NCBI GenBank assembly: GCA_016845785.1
Contig: JAERSH010000049.1
Span: forward strand, 40,140 to 104,139
Direction of reading: 5' to 3'
DNA length: 64,000 nucleotides
Source: Fidelibacterota bacterium
GTDB taxonomy: Bacteria; Fidelibacterota; Marinisomatia; Marinisomatales; TCS55
Shown: positions 1 through 11,008 of the stretch, piece by piece
How the letters are laid out: each line of letters begins with the position of its first letter
Position numbering within the stretch: position 1 is the first letter of the stretch
Notes under the pieces: model-generated
Databases searched by the model: none
Seen by the model: the letters and a program-made list of their open reading frames with translations, nothing else
What the model was told of the DNA's origin: nothing
Program-made: the position numbers and the translations under genes

Positions 1-493
1 AATTTTCAGGGTCTAATCCCAAGGCATTGATTGCATCCAGCAAAACCATCCGACTGTAAAGATGATCAAATGGTATAGTTGCAAAGCCCTGAATCTGCGT
101 GGAGTGAAGATCCATGGTAATGATTCGATCTGCCCCGGTGGCTGTGACCAAATCCACCATGACTCTGGATGAAATGGGCACGCGAGGATTATCCTTACGA
201 TCCTGCCGGCCATATCCAAAATAGGGGATAACTGCCGTCACCGTATTGGCCGAAGCACGGACAGCTGCATCAATAATAAGGATTAGCTCCATGATGTTCT
301 CGGCCGGACTGTTGGTGGGTTGAATGATGAATACATCGCTGCCGCGAATGTTTTCTTCAAACTTGATCCACAGCTCTCCGTCTGAGAATGTCTTGATTGT
401 CAAGTGCCCCAGTTCTTTGCCGAGAGATTTTGCAATCCCTTTAGCCAAAACAGGGTTACTGCGACCGGTGAATATTTTTAAATGTTCGTCCAT
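1..493 (-). CDS. prs: Ribose-phosphate pyrophosphokinase (PRPP synthetase), N-terminal ~164 aa; the rest runs off the window
   Basis: Absent from the ORF track because it is open at the window edge. Manual reverse-strand translation from the ATG (complement of 491-493) gives MDEHLKIFTGRSNPVLAKGIAKSLG...VFIIQPT...VIPYFGYGRQDRK...ITMDLHSTQIQGF. These are typical PRPP synthetase motifs. Confidence 0.9.
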   Translation of the reverse strand, partial: MDEHLKIFTGRSNPVLAKGIAKSLGKELGHLTIKTFSDGELWIKFEENIRGSDVFIIQPTNSPAENIMELILIIDAAVRASANTVTAVIPYFGYGRQDRKDNPRVPISSRVMVDLVTATGADRIITMDLHSTQIQGFATIPFDHLYSRMVLLDAINALGLDPEN

Positions 494-506
494 AATTATT
501 TATCTG

Positions 507-577
507 CTGGGGCGCAGGGACTCGAACCCCGACTGCCGGGACCAAAACCCGGTGTCCTACCGTTAGACGACGCCCCA
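507..577 (-). tRNA. tRNA-Gln (anticodon UUG)
   Basis: The reverse strand reads TGGGGCGTCGTCTAACGGTAGGACACCGGGTTTTGGTCCCGGCAGTCGGGGTTCGAGTCCCTGCGCCCCAG. It has a 7-bp acceptor stem (TGGGGCG/CGCCCCA), an anticodon stem CCGGG/CCCGG with loop TTTTGGT (anticodon TTG), and a T-arm with GGTTCGAGTCC. CCA is not encoded. Confidence 0.9.
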
Positions 578-626
578 AATACTAATAAGTATTTGAGAAT
601 TTCAGGTGTGATTCAAAAGGGGAGCG

Positions 627-1463
627 TTAAGTGGGATTGGCCAGAATGGTCTGATGTGAGGGGCGGAAGAATAACTCAGCTTCTTTGGCAGAAGCGTCTT
701 CGTCAAAAATCCCATACACAGTCGAGCCACTGCCCGACAGACTGGCAAACCGGGCGCCCAACTCAAGCAGTTTCCGCTTAATGGCGCCAATCTCCGGATA
801 TGCTGGAATCACGATCCGTTCGAAATCATTCTCAAAAATCTCAAGTGAAGAATATTCCTCACTAAAAAAGCCTGTAAAATTAGGCATTAATTCTTCCGAA
901 TTCAATTTATTTTTCAATTCTGCATATGCCCAAGGTGTACTGATAGAAATATCCGGCATAACCAATAGATATGTGCCCTGAATATAGCTTGGCAGCGATG
1001 TGAGTTTATCTCCAATACCTTCACCCAACTGAGTACCGCCTCTAATAAAAAAGGGTACATCAGCACCTATAGTGGCACCGATTTTTTCTAATTCACCATC
1101 AGGCAAGGTTAGATCATATAAATCATTGAGTCCTTTTAATACAGCAGCGCCATTCGCAGACCCACCGCCCAACCCACTGCCAATCGGTACATTTTTTTCT
1201 ATATGTATGGAAACACCGCCCAAATCGGGACAAACCTTTTTTAAAGCAGAATAGGCTTTATGGCAAATATTGGACTCATCGACAGGAATCCAATCCACGT
1301 TGGATTTTACCGTACAGCCATCATCAATTTTTTCTATCTGAATTGCATCTCCATAATCCAATTCCTGAAATACCGTATATATATTATGGTATCCGTCGTC
1401 CCGTTGGTTTAAAACCTTTAGGCCGATATTGACTTTTGAATTGGATAGGCAAATAATGCCCAT
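627..1463 (-). CDS. ispE: 4-diphosphocytidyl-2-C-methyl-D-erythritol kinase (MEP pathway)
   Basis: 278-aa ORF with the GHMP-kinase ATP loop PIGSGLGGGSANGAAVL. Length and N-terminal pattern fit IspE, and it sits next to prs as in many bacteria. Confidence 0.9.
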   Translation of the reverse strand: MGIICLSNSKVNIGLKVLNQRDDGYHNIYTVFQELDYGDAIQIEKIDDGCTVKSNVDWIPVDESNICHKAYSALKKVCPDLGGVSIHIEKNVPIGSGLGGGSANGAAVLKGLNDLYDLTLPDGELEKIGATIGADVPFFIRGGTQLGEGIGDKLTSLPSYIQGTYLLVMPDISISTPWAYAELKNKLNSEELMPNFTGFFSEEYSSLEIFENDFERIVIPAYPEIGAIKRKLLELGARFASLSGSGSTVYGIFDEDASAKEAELFFRPSHQTILANPT

Positions 1464-1465
1464 AA

Positions 1466-1942
1466 TTAAACTTTAGAAATGGTTGCTATAGATTGGGCTG
1501 CAATGCCCTTGCCTTCGCCGATATATCCCAAATGATCTGTGGTGGTGGCTTTCACTGAAACATTGGCCTCATCCAATTGAAGTGTATAAGCTATTTTATA
1601 TTTCATCTCAGGAATAAAGCCTGCCAGTTTTGGCTTTTGCAGAATAATGATGGAATCGATGTGATTAATCTCAAAGCCGGCGTTTCGAACCTTTTCTCCA
1701 ACCACATTCAGAAAATGTAAACTGTCTGCATCCTTCCATTGGTCATCATTGCTGGGGAAAAATTGGCCAATATCACCAAGGGCTGCAGCGCCAAGCAAGG
1801 CATCTACAATGGCATGAAGAAGGGCATCCCCATCGGAGTGGCCCACTGCCCCAACTTCACTAGGGATTTCAACACCACCAAGGATGAGTTTTTCACCCTC
1901 GGCCAGTTGGTGTACGTCGTATCCTATGCCTGTTTTTATCAT
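1466..1942 (-). CDS. ispF: 2-C-methyl-D-erythritol 2,4-cyclodiphosphate synthase
   Basis: 158-aa ORF with GIGYDVHQL and GHSDGDALLHAI motifs (Zn/CDP-binding residues of IspF). Confidence 0.95.
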   Translation of the reverse strand: MIKTGIGYDVHQLAEGEKLILGGVEIPSEVGAVGHSDGDALLHAIVDALLGAAALGDIGQFFPSNDDQWKDADSLHFLNVVGEKVRNAGFEINHIDSIIILQKPKLAGFIPEMKYKIAYTLQLDEANVSVKATTTDHLGYIGEGKGIAAQSIATISKV

Positions 1943-1951
1943 ATCATTTTA

Positions 1952-2064
1952 TGTCATCGCGATCTCCGATATGATCGGAGAGAAGCGATCCCATTGTTTT
2001 TAGTACTATTTACAATGGGATTACTTCGTTGCCCCGACAACAATCGGGGCCTCTCGTAATGACA
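1952..2064. repeat. Multi-hairpin palindromic intergenic element, copy 1 (ispD-ispF spacer)
   Basis: Termini are TGTCATCGCGA ... TCGTAATGACA. Hairpin TCTCCGAT(1963-1970)/ATCGGAGA(1974-1981). Long central stem GAAGCGATCCCATTGT(1982-1997)/ACAATGGGATTACTTC(2012-2027), with 2 mismatches. Hairpin GCCCCGA(2031-2037)/TCGGGGC(2044-2050). Same architecture as the copies at 42248-42357 and 42931-43050. Confidence 0.7.
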
Positions 2065-2088
2065 GTAATTCTTTTTTGTTTAGCATAC

Positions 2089-2769
2089 TTATTCCTGTAA
2101 CCTGTTATAAATCGCTTCAGCGAAAACCCAATCTTCTTCTGTCGTAATTTTAATATTTAAGGAAGATCCTTCCACAAAACCCACCTGATACCCAATCCGC
2201 TCTAAAAGAGAAGCTTCGTCTGTCCCTTGAATATCTTCTGCTTCCGCTAATTCTAACGCTTCCTGCAATGCCAGTTTAGAAAAAACCTGTGGTGTTTGGG
2301 CTCGCCAAATGGTTTCTCTAGGCAACGTTTCTAAAATCTGATCTTCCATAACCTTTTTGATTGTATCCGTAGAGGACTGTGCCACAATTACACCGTCGTG
2401 TTCACTGCAGGCTTTGACCGCTTTTTCAATCAACCCTTCCGTCACAAATGGCCGCACCGCATCATGCACACAAATGAGTTCAGATGACTCATCCGTTGCA
2501 GCCAATCCATTGTGAACCGAAACCTGTCGGGAATTTCCTCCAGCCACAACTTTCACCGGTTTTGCAGAAATCATGGATCGAAGTTCCCTATCCACTTGAT
2601 CTACATCTTTTTTTGGCACCACCACCACAATTTCATTTATTAACGCTGACCGAATAAATGGCTGTAAAGTATGGTACAGAAGTGGACGACCGTCCAGATT
2701 TTTTAGCTGCTTTTTCCCGCCAAAGCGTTCACCGCTCCCGGCTGCCGGAATGACGGCAGATATTTTCAT
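2089..2769 (-). CDS. ispD: 2-C-methyl-D-erythritol 4-phosphate cytidylyltransferase
   Basis: 226-aa ORF with N-terminal AVIPAAGSGERFG nucleotidyltransferase loop, and IspD-typical length. It is monofunctional, not fused to ispF. Confidence 0.9.
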   Translation of the reverse strand: MKISAVIPAAGSGERFGGKKQLKNLDGRPLLYHTLQPFIRSALINEIVVVVPKKDVDQVDRELRSMISAKPVKVVAGGNSRQVSVHNGLAATDESSELICVHDAVRPFVTEGLIEKAVKACSEHDGVIVAQSSTDTIKKVMEDQILETLPRETIWRAQTPQVFSKLALQEALELAEAEDIQGTDEASLLERIGYQVGFVEGSSLNIKITTEEDWVFAEAIYNRLQE

Positions 2770-2793
2770 TCTTTTCTCTCCCCGCTAAAATGA

Positions 2794-3846
2794 TTAAAGA
2801 ATCAGCATGGCATCGCCATAACTCAAGAAGCGATAATCATTTTTCTTTGCTTCACGATAGGCTTTCATGATGAGATCGCGGTTTGCAAACGCCGATACCA
2901 TCATGAGCAGTGTGCTTTTTGGCTGATGAAAATTGGTAATCATTGCATCTACCATTTTGAACTCATAAGGGGGGTAAATGAATTTGTCCGTCCAACCCCG
3001 TTTTGGAGATACCTGAAATCCGGATACGGCTACTGTCTCCAAAGATCTAACTGTGGATGTCCCCACCGCAAATACACGGCGGCGTTTTTTCTTTGTTTCA
3101 TTGATAGACATGGCTGTAGCGGGATCCACTTCGAAATACTCGGAATCCATCTGGTGGCGATTTAAGTCTTCAACCTGCACCGGGCGAAATGTCCCTAATC
3201 CAATATGGAGTGTGGTATGAGCTGTTTTCGCTCCTTTATCATGGATGCGCTTAATCAAGCCATCGGTAAAGTGGAGACCGGCCGTGGGTGCCGCCACCGC
3301 ACCGCGCCTTTCAGCAAATACGGTTTGATAGCGAATTTTATCCTTCGGCTCCGACTCCCTTTTGATATAGGGCGGAAGGGGTGAGATGCCAACGCGATCA
3401 ATTACATCATAAATATCTTCACCTTCATATTCGAATCGTACAACGCGCCCACCGGAAATGGTATTGTCAATCACATCACAATAAACATTTTTGGTAAACA
3501 TAAGTTTGTTCCCAATCCGGACTTTACGGGCCGGGCGGACCATAACTTCCCAGAGATCGTTCTCTAGCTCACGGAGTAAGAAAACTTCTACTTTTGCTTC
3601 CGTCCGATCTTTGCTGGCATAGAGTCGCGCAGGGAACACTTTCGTATTGTTGGTAATGATTAGATCATTCCGTCGCAGATATTCCGGGAGGTTAGAAAAT
3701 ATTTTATGTTCAATCTTACCCGTATCCCGATGGATAACCATCAATTTAGATAAATCTCTTCGTTTTGCTGGATATTGGGCAATATATTTTTCAGGTAGTG
3801 CATAGTCAAAATCCGACAATTTCCATTTTTTCTTTTTTTCGATCAT
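2794..3846 (-). CDS. queA: S-adenosylmethionine:tRNA ribosyltransferase-isomerase
   Basis: 350-aa ORF with [32 protein letters not shown] and [11 protein letters not shown] motifs characteristic of QueA. Its ATG overlaps the ruvB stop (ATGA). Confidence 0.95.
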   Translation of the reverse strand: MIEKKKKWKLSDFDYALPEKYIAQYPAKRRDLSKLMVIHRDTGKIEHKIFSNLPEYLRRNDLIITNNTKVFPARLYASKDRTEAKVEVFLLRELENDLWEVMVRPARKVRIGNKLMFTKNVYCDVIDNTISGGRVVRFEYEGEDIYDVIDRVGISPLPPYIKRESEPKDKIRYQTVFAERRGAVAAPTAGLHFTDGLIKRIHDKGAKTAHTTLHIGLGTFRPVQVEDLNRHQMDSEYFEVDPATAMSINETKKKRRRVFAVGTSTVRSLETVAVSGFQVSPKRGWTDKFIYPPYEFKMVDAMITNFHQPKSTLLMMVSAFANRDLIMKAYREAKKNDYRFLSYGDAMLIL

Positions 3847-4877
3847 TCGAATAACCTTTGTTGTTTTTCTGTAATAGTTCTACCCAACAGGTGATAGGCC
3901 TGTTCTTGGGCGATGCGGCCGCGATTCGTCCGCTGAATAAATCCTTCTTTAATTAAATAGGGCTCATACACATCTTCAATGGTAGCTACATCTTCGCTCA
4001 CCGCCACGGATAATGAATTCACACCCACCGGGCCTCCATTAAATTTGTCAATTAATGCAGCGAGGATGGTTCGATCCATATCATCCAACCCATATTCATC
4101 AATTCCAAGGGATGTGAGGGATGCTTTTGCCACCGCTTCATCAATTTTTCCATCAGCCTTTACTTGTGCATAATCTCTTGTCCGGCGGAGAATACGATTA
4201 GCAATCCGAGGTGTTCCACGGGAACGTCGCGCCAATTCCATGGCGCCGTCTTCATCAATTTCTACTTCTAAGATATCTGCAGAGCGTGTCACAATCTGAA
4301 ATAAATCCTGGGGGTCGTAATAATTTACTCTTAAGACTACACCAAACCGATCCCGAAGGGGAGAGGTTAAACTGCCCAGCCGTGTGGTAGCGCCCACCAA
4401 TGTAAATGGTTCAATATTGAGCTGTACACTCCGGGCGCTGGGCCCTTTGTCGATCATAATTTCGATGCGGTAGTCCTCCATGGCAGAATAGAGGTATTCT
4501 TCAACCACTGAATTGAGGCGGTGGATTTCATCCACAAAAAAAACATCTTTACCCTGGAGGTTTGTCAGAATTCCCGCCAAATCGCCTGCCCGTTCTAAAA
4601 CAGGGCCGGACGTTTGCTTCACACTCACACCCAATTCTTTTGCGATAATATTAGATAGCGTCGTTTTCCCCAAACCCGGAGGACCAAATAATAATACATG
4701 GTCTAGTGCTTCACTGCGATTTTTTGCCGCTTCAATGTAAAGCTTGAGACTATCCACCACATCCTTTTGACCAATGAATTCATCCATCTGGCTGGGTCGA
4801 AGGGACTTTTCAATGACAAGATCGTCCTCAAAAGGTTGGGGGTCTGTGATGTGGATCTCAGTCACAAATTTGCTCAA
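3843..4877 (-). CDS. ruvB: Holliday junction branch-migration ATPase RuvB
   Basis: 344-aa ORF with [12 protein letters not shown], Walker [11 protein letters not shown], Walker B FVDEIHRL and [13 protein letters not shown]-type motifs. It stops at TGA (3843-3845). Confidence 0.97.
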   Translation of the reverse strand: MSKFVTEIHITDPQPFEDDLVIEKSLRPSQMDEFIGQKDVVDSLKLYIEAAKNRSEALDHVLLFGPPGLGKTTLSNIIAKELGVSVKQTSGPVLERAGDLAGILTNLQGKDVFFVDEIHRLNSVVEEYLYSAMEDYRIEIMIDKGPSARSVQLNIEPFTLVGATTRLGSLTSPLRDRFGVVLRVNYYDPQDLFQIVTRSADILEVEIDEDGAMELARRSRGTPRIANRILRRTRDYAQVKADGKIDEAVAKASLTSLGIDEYGLDDMDRTILAALIDKFNGGPVGVNSLSVAVSEDVATIEDVYEPYLIKEGFIQRTNRGRIAQEQAYHLLGRTITEKQQRLFE

Positions 4878-4950
4878 ATTGAAATAAATTGCACATTATC
4901 GGGGTTGAAAGGTACAAAAATGAGAGGGGGGTCGTCAAATTTTCGTGCAT

Positions 4951-7272
4951 TTATGCAGGAACAGCGTCCCGAATTCGGCTCAATCGTAGGTTTCGATCCG
5001 CGGCAAATTTCATAATGCCATCCCAAATACTTTGGGGATCTAGCTTAGATTCTGCTACAATTTCATCTACCGAACCGCCGGTGCGCCAACGGTTGTCAAA
5101 GTCCGGACTCATGCTGTACGCTTCTACCACACGATTGGCCATCCATTTATGCATTAAGCGTCGGGCGCCATTGGTAATGACCATGGCATCCATCCATTCT
5201 TGTTCTGAAATGATATGATTTCGATATGTTTCTGATTGTCGCTGAAATAACTCCCATGAAATGGCAGCGACCACTTTTACATTTGGACCTTCTGATTTCA
5301 ACTTCGGTAAAACTGAAACCAGCGAACTGGTTGAACTGGTTCCACGAACAATTACAACACCTTCTTTTGGACGACTTTCATCATAATCTTTAATGATATA
5401 GGCGCCCTTCGCTGCATCCAAATGGGATGCCATTCCCAACGATTCCCTGTTAGGAATCTCTACTGGTGGCCGTGTTAAATGGATGGCGATAATTGGTACA
5501 TCTGCCGTTATGGCAGCGGCCAAAACAGGCGCCACTTCATTGTGTTCCCATGGGTGCAGGTTAATCACATGTCCATCTGGTAATAATTGGGTAACACCCG
5601 GAGAGAAAATCCCAAAATGGGTGCGACTATCTTCCGCCGTCTCCGGCCCAGAATGGCCCGCGACCCAAATCATTTTTCCCACTTTTAAATCTGAATCCTG
5701 GGCAATTTGGCTAAACAACCGCATGGGGCCGTATTTCAAATAACTGAAAGATCCATAAGTACTCATGGCGCCGTAGAACCCATTATATTCAGCATAGGGA
5801 TCTTCATTGAAATTTACCGTGGCCAGACCTGCAAGCATGCCTGAGTTGGCAAACTCCGTAATTCCTTGGGGCATAAGCGGGCTGCCCGGATTGGTTTCTC
5901 GATCAAACAACCCAAGATCCTCTGCGTCATTATATCCTTTAGCAAATCCAGATATATTGGTGGAGTCAGCCAAATCTGCGCTCATGGCAATCACCAATGG
6001 TCGCCCATATTCTTGAATGGATTTCGTATTGATATAGCTGGCATATTTTGAAAAGCCAACACGGTTTGGTGCTTTATCTCCCGGCGCCACAAATAGATCA
6101 TCCGGGAGGTTATTTACGTCAAATAATGATTTATCCTTTGCAGGATTTTTCACCGTTACCTTACATCCCTCAATATTTTCAGGTACGGAATCACCAACTG
6201 AAACTAGGGTGTCCGCCAAATAATCCACCAATTCCTGATTCGATTCCATAACAGAAAAAACTGAATTGAAATAGGATGTCGCCTGTGCCTCTTGGCCTTC
6301 GCGTGTGGCTTCTGCATCACCGCCAAATTGATCAAAATCTACATTATACTTTTCAGCAAAATCCTGCTTGGTGCGCCAAAATAATTCTGAATTCCGTTTG
6401 TGAGCTGCCCCGTGACTTGCATAATCAATTTTATGGTAACCGCGACCTTTCACTCCACGACCATAGAGCACTTTCGGCACTTTTGGATCGGCATTCTCAA
6501 CCAATAAACGATGGTAGGCTTCTGTCAATTCACCCCAATCTTCACCATTCATAGTTCCCTCAACGTGCCAACCGTGAGATCCGAACCAATCTTCAGGTGT
6601 ACCATACATAATGGAACTAAATGGGCGGGCATCAATCCCAAAGTCATTCCAATCCATAAAATAGACCAAATTGCCTAAACCAAGTCCCCATGCAGAATTA
6701 ATAGTCTCATGAGAAGCGCCGGTAGTGAAACCGCCTTCACCTTCAAAAGCAAACACCTTTACTTCAGGTGTGTTGGCCATTTTCAAGGCCAATGCTTCTC
6801 CGGCTGCGGCAGGTGAACCGTGTCCGCTGGGCCCGGTGTTAAATTTGAAAAACAATGTTTTACCTTCCATTTCAGCATGACCCGGAAGACCACCATTATT
6901 TCGCAGCGTTAAGAGATCTTCCCAAACGAGTTGAAAATCCTCTCCTTTAAAATGTTCATATTTGGCGTCGCCGGTTTGACGGTATTTAATACGCAATGCT
7001 TCATTCATTACAGCTAATGTTGCATACACCACAGGATTCGCATGACCTGCCACCAATACATATCGGTCTGCAAAGCGTTTTCCTGCTTCCCGAATGTCCC
7101 AACGCATGGCGCCGGAAAGGAGGGTGGTTACCATCCCATGAACTTTTGATCTGGAGCCGCCGGGATGGCCGGATTGGCGCAGGTTGAGCATAATATCGAT
7201 GCATTGATCGATAAGGTCTTTGGTGACCTCCCAATGGGGGTAAAACTGTTTTAACTCGTTAGGAGATTTCAT
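4951..7272 (-). CDS. Transketolase-family thiamine-diphosphate enzyme, unusually long (773 aa)
   Basis: Has a GHPGGS TPP-binding motif, [30 protein letters not shown] (equivalent to the transketolase GDG..EG.S.E motif), a pyrimidine-binding middle domain ([14 protein letters not shown]) and a C-terminal domain. There is a roughly 100-aa insertion relative to classical ~660-aa transketolases, judged by eye. Confidence 0.7.
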   Translation of the reverse strand: MKSPNELKQFYPHWEVTKDLIDQCIDIMLNLRQSGHPGGSRSKVHGMVTTLLSGAMRWDIREAGKRFADRYVLVAGHANPVVYATLAVMNEALRIKYRQTGDAKYEHFKGEDFQLVWEDLLTLRNNGGLPGHAEMEGKTLFFKFNTGPSGHGSPAAAGEALALKMANTPEVKVFAFEGEGGFTTGASHETINSAWGLGLGNLVYFMDWNDFGIDARPFSSIMYGTPEDWFGSHGWHVEGTMNGEDWGELTEAYHRLLVENADPKVPKVLYGRGVKGRGYHKIDYASHGAAHKRNSELFWRTKQDFAEKYNVDFDQFGGDAEATREGQEAQATSYFNSVFSVMESNQELVDYLADTLVSVGDSVPENIEGCKVTVKNPAKDKSLFDVNNLPDDLFVAPGDKAPNRVGFSKYASYINTKSIQEYGRPLVIAMSADLADSTNISGFAKGYNDAEDLGLFDRETNPGSPLMPQGITEFANSGMLAGLATVNFNEDPYAEYNGFYGAMSTYGSFSYLKYGPMRLFSQIAQDSDLKVGKMIWVAGHSGPETAEDSRTHFGIFSPGVTQLLPDGHVINLHPWEHNEVAPVLAAAITADVPIIAIHLTRPPVEIPNRESLGMASHLDAAKGAYIIKDYDESRPKEGVVIVRGTSSTSSLVSVLPKLKSEGPNVKVVAAISWELFQRQSETYRNHIISEQEWMDAMVITNGARRLMHKWMANRVVEAYSMSPDFDNRWRTGGSVDEIVAESKLDPQSIWDGIMKFAADRNLRLSRIRDAVPA

Positions 7273-10112
7273 GATTTCACTAGCTTTCCATTTAATAACG
7301 GCTTGAGGAAAGACCCTGTATAAGATCCTTTTTCTTTTGATAATGCTTCTGGCGTACCCGAAAAAATAAGCTGGCCACCATCTTCGCCACCTTCCGGGCC
7401 TAAATCCACAATCCAGTCGGCGCTTTTGATTACGTCTAAATTATGTTCAATGACCACCACTGTATTACCGCGATCCACCAATCTCTGGAGAACCCCAAGC
7501 AATAAACTTACATCTTCAAAGTGTAATCCGGTGGTCGGTTCATCTAAAATATAAAAGGTCTTATCTTTAGATGCCCGAGATAACTCGGTCGCCAATTTGA
7601 TCCGCTGGGCTTCACCGCCGGACAGGGTGGTGGCTTGTTGACCCAACCGAATATAACCCAACCCCACATCATTTAATGTGACCATCTTTTTCATTACCTG
7701 CGGAATGTTTTGAAAGAAATCTGTCGCCTCTTCCACAGACAGGCTCAATACATCGGCAATATTCTTCCCTTTATATTTGATCTCCAGTGTCTCCCGGTTA
7801 TAACGGGCACCTTTGCAGACCTCGCAAGTCACATAGACATCGGGGAGAAAGTTCATTTCAATTTTAATAATGCCGTCGCCTTCACAAGATTCACAACGTC
7901 CGCCTTTAACATTGAACGAAAAACGACCCGGTTTATACCCGCGAATTTTCGATTCGGGTAGTTGGGCAAATAGGTCCCGAATAAAAGTAAATACACCCGT
8001 ATAAGTGGCCGGGTTCGATCGTGGTGTTCTGCCAATAGGCTTTTGGTCTATCTCGATTACTTTATCTAAATATTCCATTCCTTTTGATGCTTCATGTGGA
8101 AGGGGATAAGCACGCGCATTGTTTAATTCTTTCGACAAAATAGGAAATACAGTTTCGTTCACTAGCGTACTTTTACCCGATCCGCTGACCCCCGTTACAA
8201 CAACCAATTTGCCTAAAGGAAATGAAACTTCAATTTCTTTTAAATTATTGCCGCGCGCACCGGTCACAGTCAATACCTTACCATTTCCATGGCGTCGTAC
8301 GCTTGGCAAAGGAATGGCTTTCTTTCCCGATAAATACTGCCCCGTTATAGAGGATTTGGATTTTAAAATATTTTTGGGCGTACCGGCATAAACCACTTCT
8401 CCGCCGTGCTCCCCGGCGCCCGGGCCAAGGTCAATGATTTGATCAGCAGATTCCATGGTTTCCTGATCGTGTTCTACCACGACAATGGAGTTCCCCAAAT
8501 CTCGCAATTTTTTGAGCGAATTTAATAATCGATTGTTATCCCTTGGGTGGAGGCCGATAGATGGTTCATCTAAAATATATAAAACACCGACCAGTTGGCT
8601 ACCAATCTGAGTTGCCAAACGAATCCGCTGGGCTTCACCCCCCGAAAGGGTGGCCGCCGATCGATCTAATGTGAGATAATCCAAACCCACATCCATTAAA
8701 AAGCTGAGGCGTTCTTGCACTTCTTTTAAAATCTGTTCTGCGATAGCTGCATCTGTTTTTCTCAGCTTAAGGTCACTAAAAAAAGTTTTAACATTTTTTA
8801 TAGAATAAGATGATATTTCGCCCAGACTTTTTTCACCAATTGTTACTGCCCGCGATTCTTCTTTCAAGCGAGATCCGCCACATTCCGGGCAGGGTCGCAT
8901 GCTCATGAATTGCTCAATCCAATCGCGGATATGATTGGATTTTGTTTGTTTATAGCGCCGCATCAAATTGGGAATTGCCCCTTCCCATCCACCGGTATAA
9001 GTCCCACTCCATCGCTCTGAAGAATATTTCATTTTCAGTTTTTGATCGCCGGTTCCTGTCAACAACATGCTGCGAATATCCCGATCCAACTTGAACCAAG
9101 GTGTGGTAAAGTTAAAATTATAATGTTTTGATAAGCTCTTTAATATACTCCCATACCAATTGCCTCGGGGTTGTTCTCCGAGCGGAACAACAGCACCTTG
9201 AATAAGCGATTTGGTTTTATCCGGCACCACCAGTTCCGGATCAATTTCCATGTGAGAACCCAACCCGTCACAATGGGGGCAAGCGCCATAAGGTGAATTA
9301 AATGAAAACATCCGGGGTGATAATTCTTCCATGGAGACTTCGCAGTGGGGGCAGGCAAAATGTTCGCTAAATAAATGATCCGTATTGGGCAACTCATGAA
9401 CAATGGTTAAGCCGGAACCGATTTTTAAAGAAAGTTCGATAGATTCAGTTAGACGTTCTTTATAATCCTCTTCCAACACGAGGCGATCCACCACCACTTC
9501 AATGGAATGTTTTTTATTTTTTTCTAGTGTGAATTTTTCATCTACCGAATGAATCTCCCCATCAACGCGAACACGTAAAAATCCTTCTTTTCGCACCTCT
9601 TCAAAAACACCTTTGTGTTGTCCTTTTCGACCGCGGACAACCGGTGCCAAAATATAAATTCGCGCACCTTCTCCAAACTTTATAATTGTATCTACAATTT
9701 GCTGTACGGTTTGTCGCTGGATAGGCCGATCACATTTCCAGCAATGGGGTTTGCCTACATGGGCATAAAGCAACCGTAAATAATCGTGGATTTCTGTTAC
9801 AGTCCCCACGGTTGATCTTGGATTCCGAGCCGTGGCTTTTTGCTCAATGGAAATAGCCGGGGACAATCCTTCAATATAATCCATGTCCGGTTTTTCCATA
9901 AGACCCAGAAACTGGCGGGCATAAGAAGATAATGATTCTACGTACCGGCGCTGTCCTTCAGCATAGAGTGTATCAAATGCCAGAGAGGATTTTCCAGATC
10001 CGGAGAGGCCCGTAATCACCACCAATTGGTTGCGCCCAATCTCTACATCAACATTTTTTAAATTGTGCTGACGCGCACCTTTAATTATAATCTTATCTGC
10101 TGGGGACGGCAT
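7269..10112 (-). CDS. uvrA: Excinuclease ABC subunit A
   Basis: 947-aa ORF with two ABC ATPase modules ([27 protein letters not shown]; LSGGEAQRI twice) and zinc-finger CxxC pairs. It stops at TGA (7269-7271), overlapping the downstream ATG. Confidence 0.98.
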   Translation of the reverse strand: MPSPADKIIIKGARQHNLKNVDVEIGRNQLVVITGLSGSGKSSLAFDTLYAEGQRRYVESLSSYARQFLGLMEKPDMDYIEGLSPAISIEQKATARNPRSTVGTVTEIHDYLRLLYAHVGKPHCWKCDRPIQRQTVQQIVDTIIKFGEGARIYILAPVVRGRKGQHKGVFEEVRKEGFLRVRVDGEIHSVDEKFTLEKNKKHSIEVVVDRLVLEEDYKERLTESIELSLKIGSGLTIVHELPNTDHLFSEHFACPHCEVSMEELSPRMFSFNSPYGACPHCDGLGSHMEIDPELVVPDKTKSLIQGAVVPLGEQPRGNWYGSILKSLSKHYNFNFTTPWFKLDRDIRSMLLTGTGDQKLKMKYSSERWSGTYTGGWEGAIPNLMRRYKQTKSNHIRDWIEQFMSMRPCPECGGSRLKEESRAVTIGEKSLGEISSYSIKNVKTFFSDLKLRKTDAAIAEQILKEVQERLSFLMDVGLDYLTLDRSAATLSGGEAQRIRLATQIGSQLVGVLYILDEPSIGLHPRDNNRLLNSLKKLRDLGNSIVVVEHDQETMESADQIIDLGPGAGEHGGEVVYAGTPKNILKSKSSITGQYLSGKKAIPLPSVRRHGNGKVLTVTGARGNNLKEIEVSFPLGKLVVVTGVSGSGKSTLVNETVFPILSKELNNARAYPLPHEASKGMEYLDKVIEIDQKPIGRTPRSNPATYTGVFTFIRDLFAQLPESKIRGYKPGRFSFNVKGGRCESCEGDGIIKIEMNFLPDVYVTCEVCKGARYNRETLEIKYKGKNIADVLSLSVEEATDFFQNIPQVMKKMVTLNDVGLGYIRLGQQATTLSGGEAQRIKLATELSRASKDKTFYILDEPTTGLHFEDVSLLLGVLQRLVDRGNTVVVIEHNLDVIKSADWIVDLGPEGGEDGGQLIFSGTPEALSKEKGSYTGSFLKPLLNGKLVKS

Positions 10113-10242
10113 GGTTTTTTATCTTTAATTCCGCATGAATTTTGGACGGCCATGAATTTACGACTGAAATGGGCCCGGTTCAAAAAACGATTTGCAGAAT
10201 TTCTAAGAAAAATTCTATGGCATTCTGCTCCACAATTCCATA

Positions 10243-10809
10243 ATGTCTGCCATGAATTCGATTATAAATCATATCCTCATTTCAATGCCCCACATGCAGG
10301 ATCCTTTTTTTGGTAACGCTGTCGTCTTTATGTGCGAACATGATTCAAAAGGCGCCATGGGTTTAATTGTAAATAAACCATTCCGTGACCCAGAACTGAA
10401 GGCAGCCTTTGACCAATTATACGAATCCTCAGATGAAATACTTCAATCCGTATCACAAGTTTATTTTGGCGGACCAGTGTTGGTGGAGCGGGGCATTTTA
10501 CTTCATAGCAATCAATTTCATTCGGATGATTCAATCAAGATATCTGATGATTTTTTTATTTCTAGTCATAAAAAAACGCTCGATAAAATGAAGTCTCATA
10601 AAGGTGAACAATATAGCCGACTATTATTGGGCCACGCCGGTTGGTCCGAAGGGCAGCTAGAGCGGGAAATTGAAAATGGAGATTGGCTGGTTCAAGAAAC
10701 ATCCCCAGATTTTATTTTTAAAATCCCAGTGGAGCAAATGTGGGGCATGGCAATCCAATCATTCGGGATTGATATTGCAGATTTTTCTGCAATCGGTGGC
10801 CAAGCTTAA
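10243..10809 (+). CDS. yqgE: YqgE/AlgH-family (UPF0301) protein
   Basis: 188-aa ORF. ILISMPHMQDPFFGNAVVFMCEHDSKGAMGLIVNKP and the GHAGWSEGQLEREI motif are typical of this family. Confidence 0.85.
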   Translation: MSAMNSIINHILISMPHMQDPFFGNAVVFMCEHDSKGAMGLIVNKPFRDPELKAAFDQLYESSDEILQSVSQVYFGGPVLVERGILLHSNQFHSDDSIKISDDFFISSHKKTLDKMKSHKGEQYSRLLLGHAGWSEGQLEREIENGDWLVQETSPDFIFKIPVEQMWGMAIQSFGIDIADFSAIGGQA

Positions 10810-11008
10810 GGATGCACTCACAATGAAAACCGATAACAATTATCTTTTATATGAATTTTTATTAATGGGTAATATTTATCCATATATTTTCTTTTATTTA
10901 TCGAGCGATAGGTTTTTATCTAACAATAAATGGAAAGCATAAAAAAGGTCCATTTTGGTAATTAATGAAACTGATGTAATATTCCATAATTATATTTTTG
11001 GAAAATAA

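Noticed and set aside
10810-11008. AT-rich 199-bp spacer upstream of the serpin gene with several TTTATC-like motifs, considered as a possible regulatory repeat or small RNA.
   Set aside because: The motifs are short and degenerate in an AT-rich background. There is no convincing inverted or direct repeat structure or conserved RNA motif. It is most simply a promoter region.
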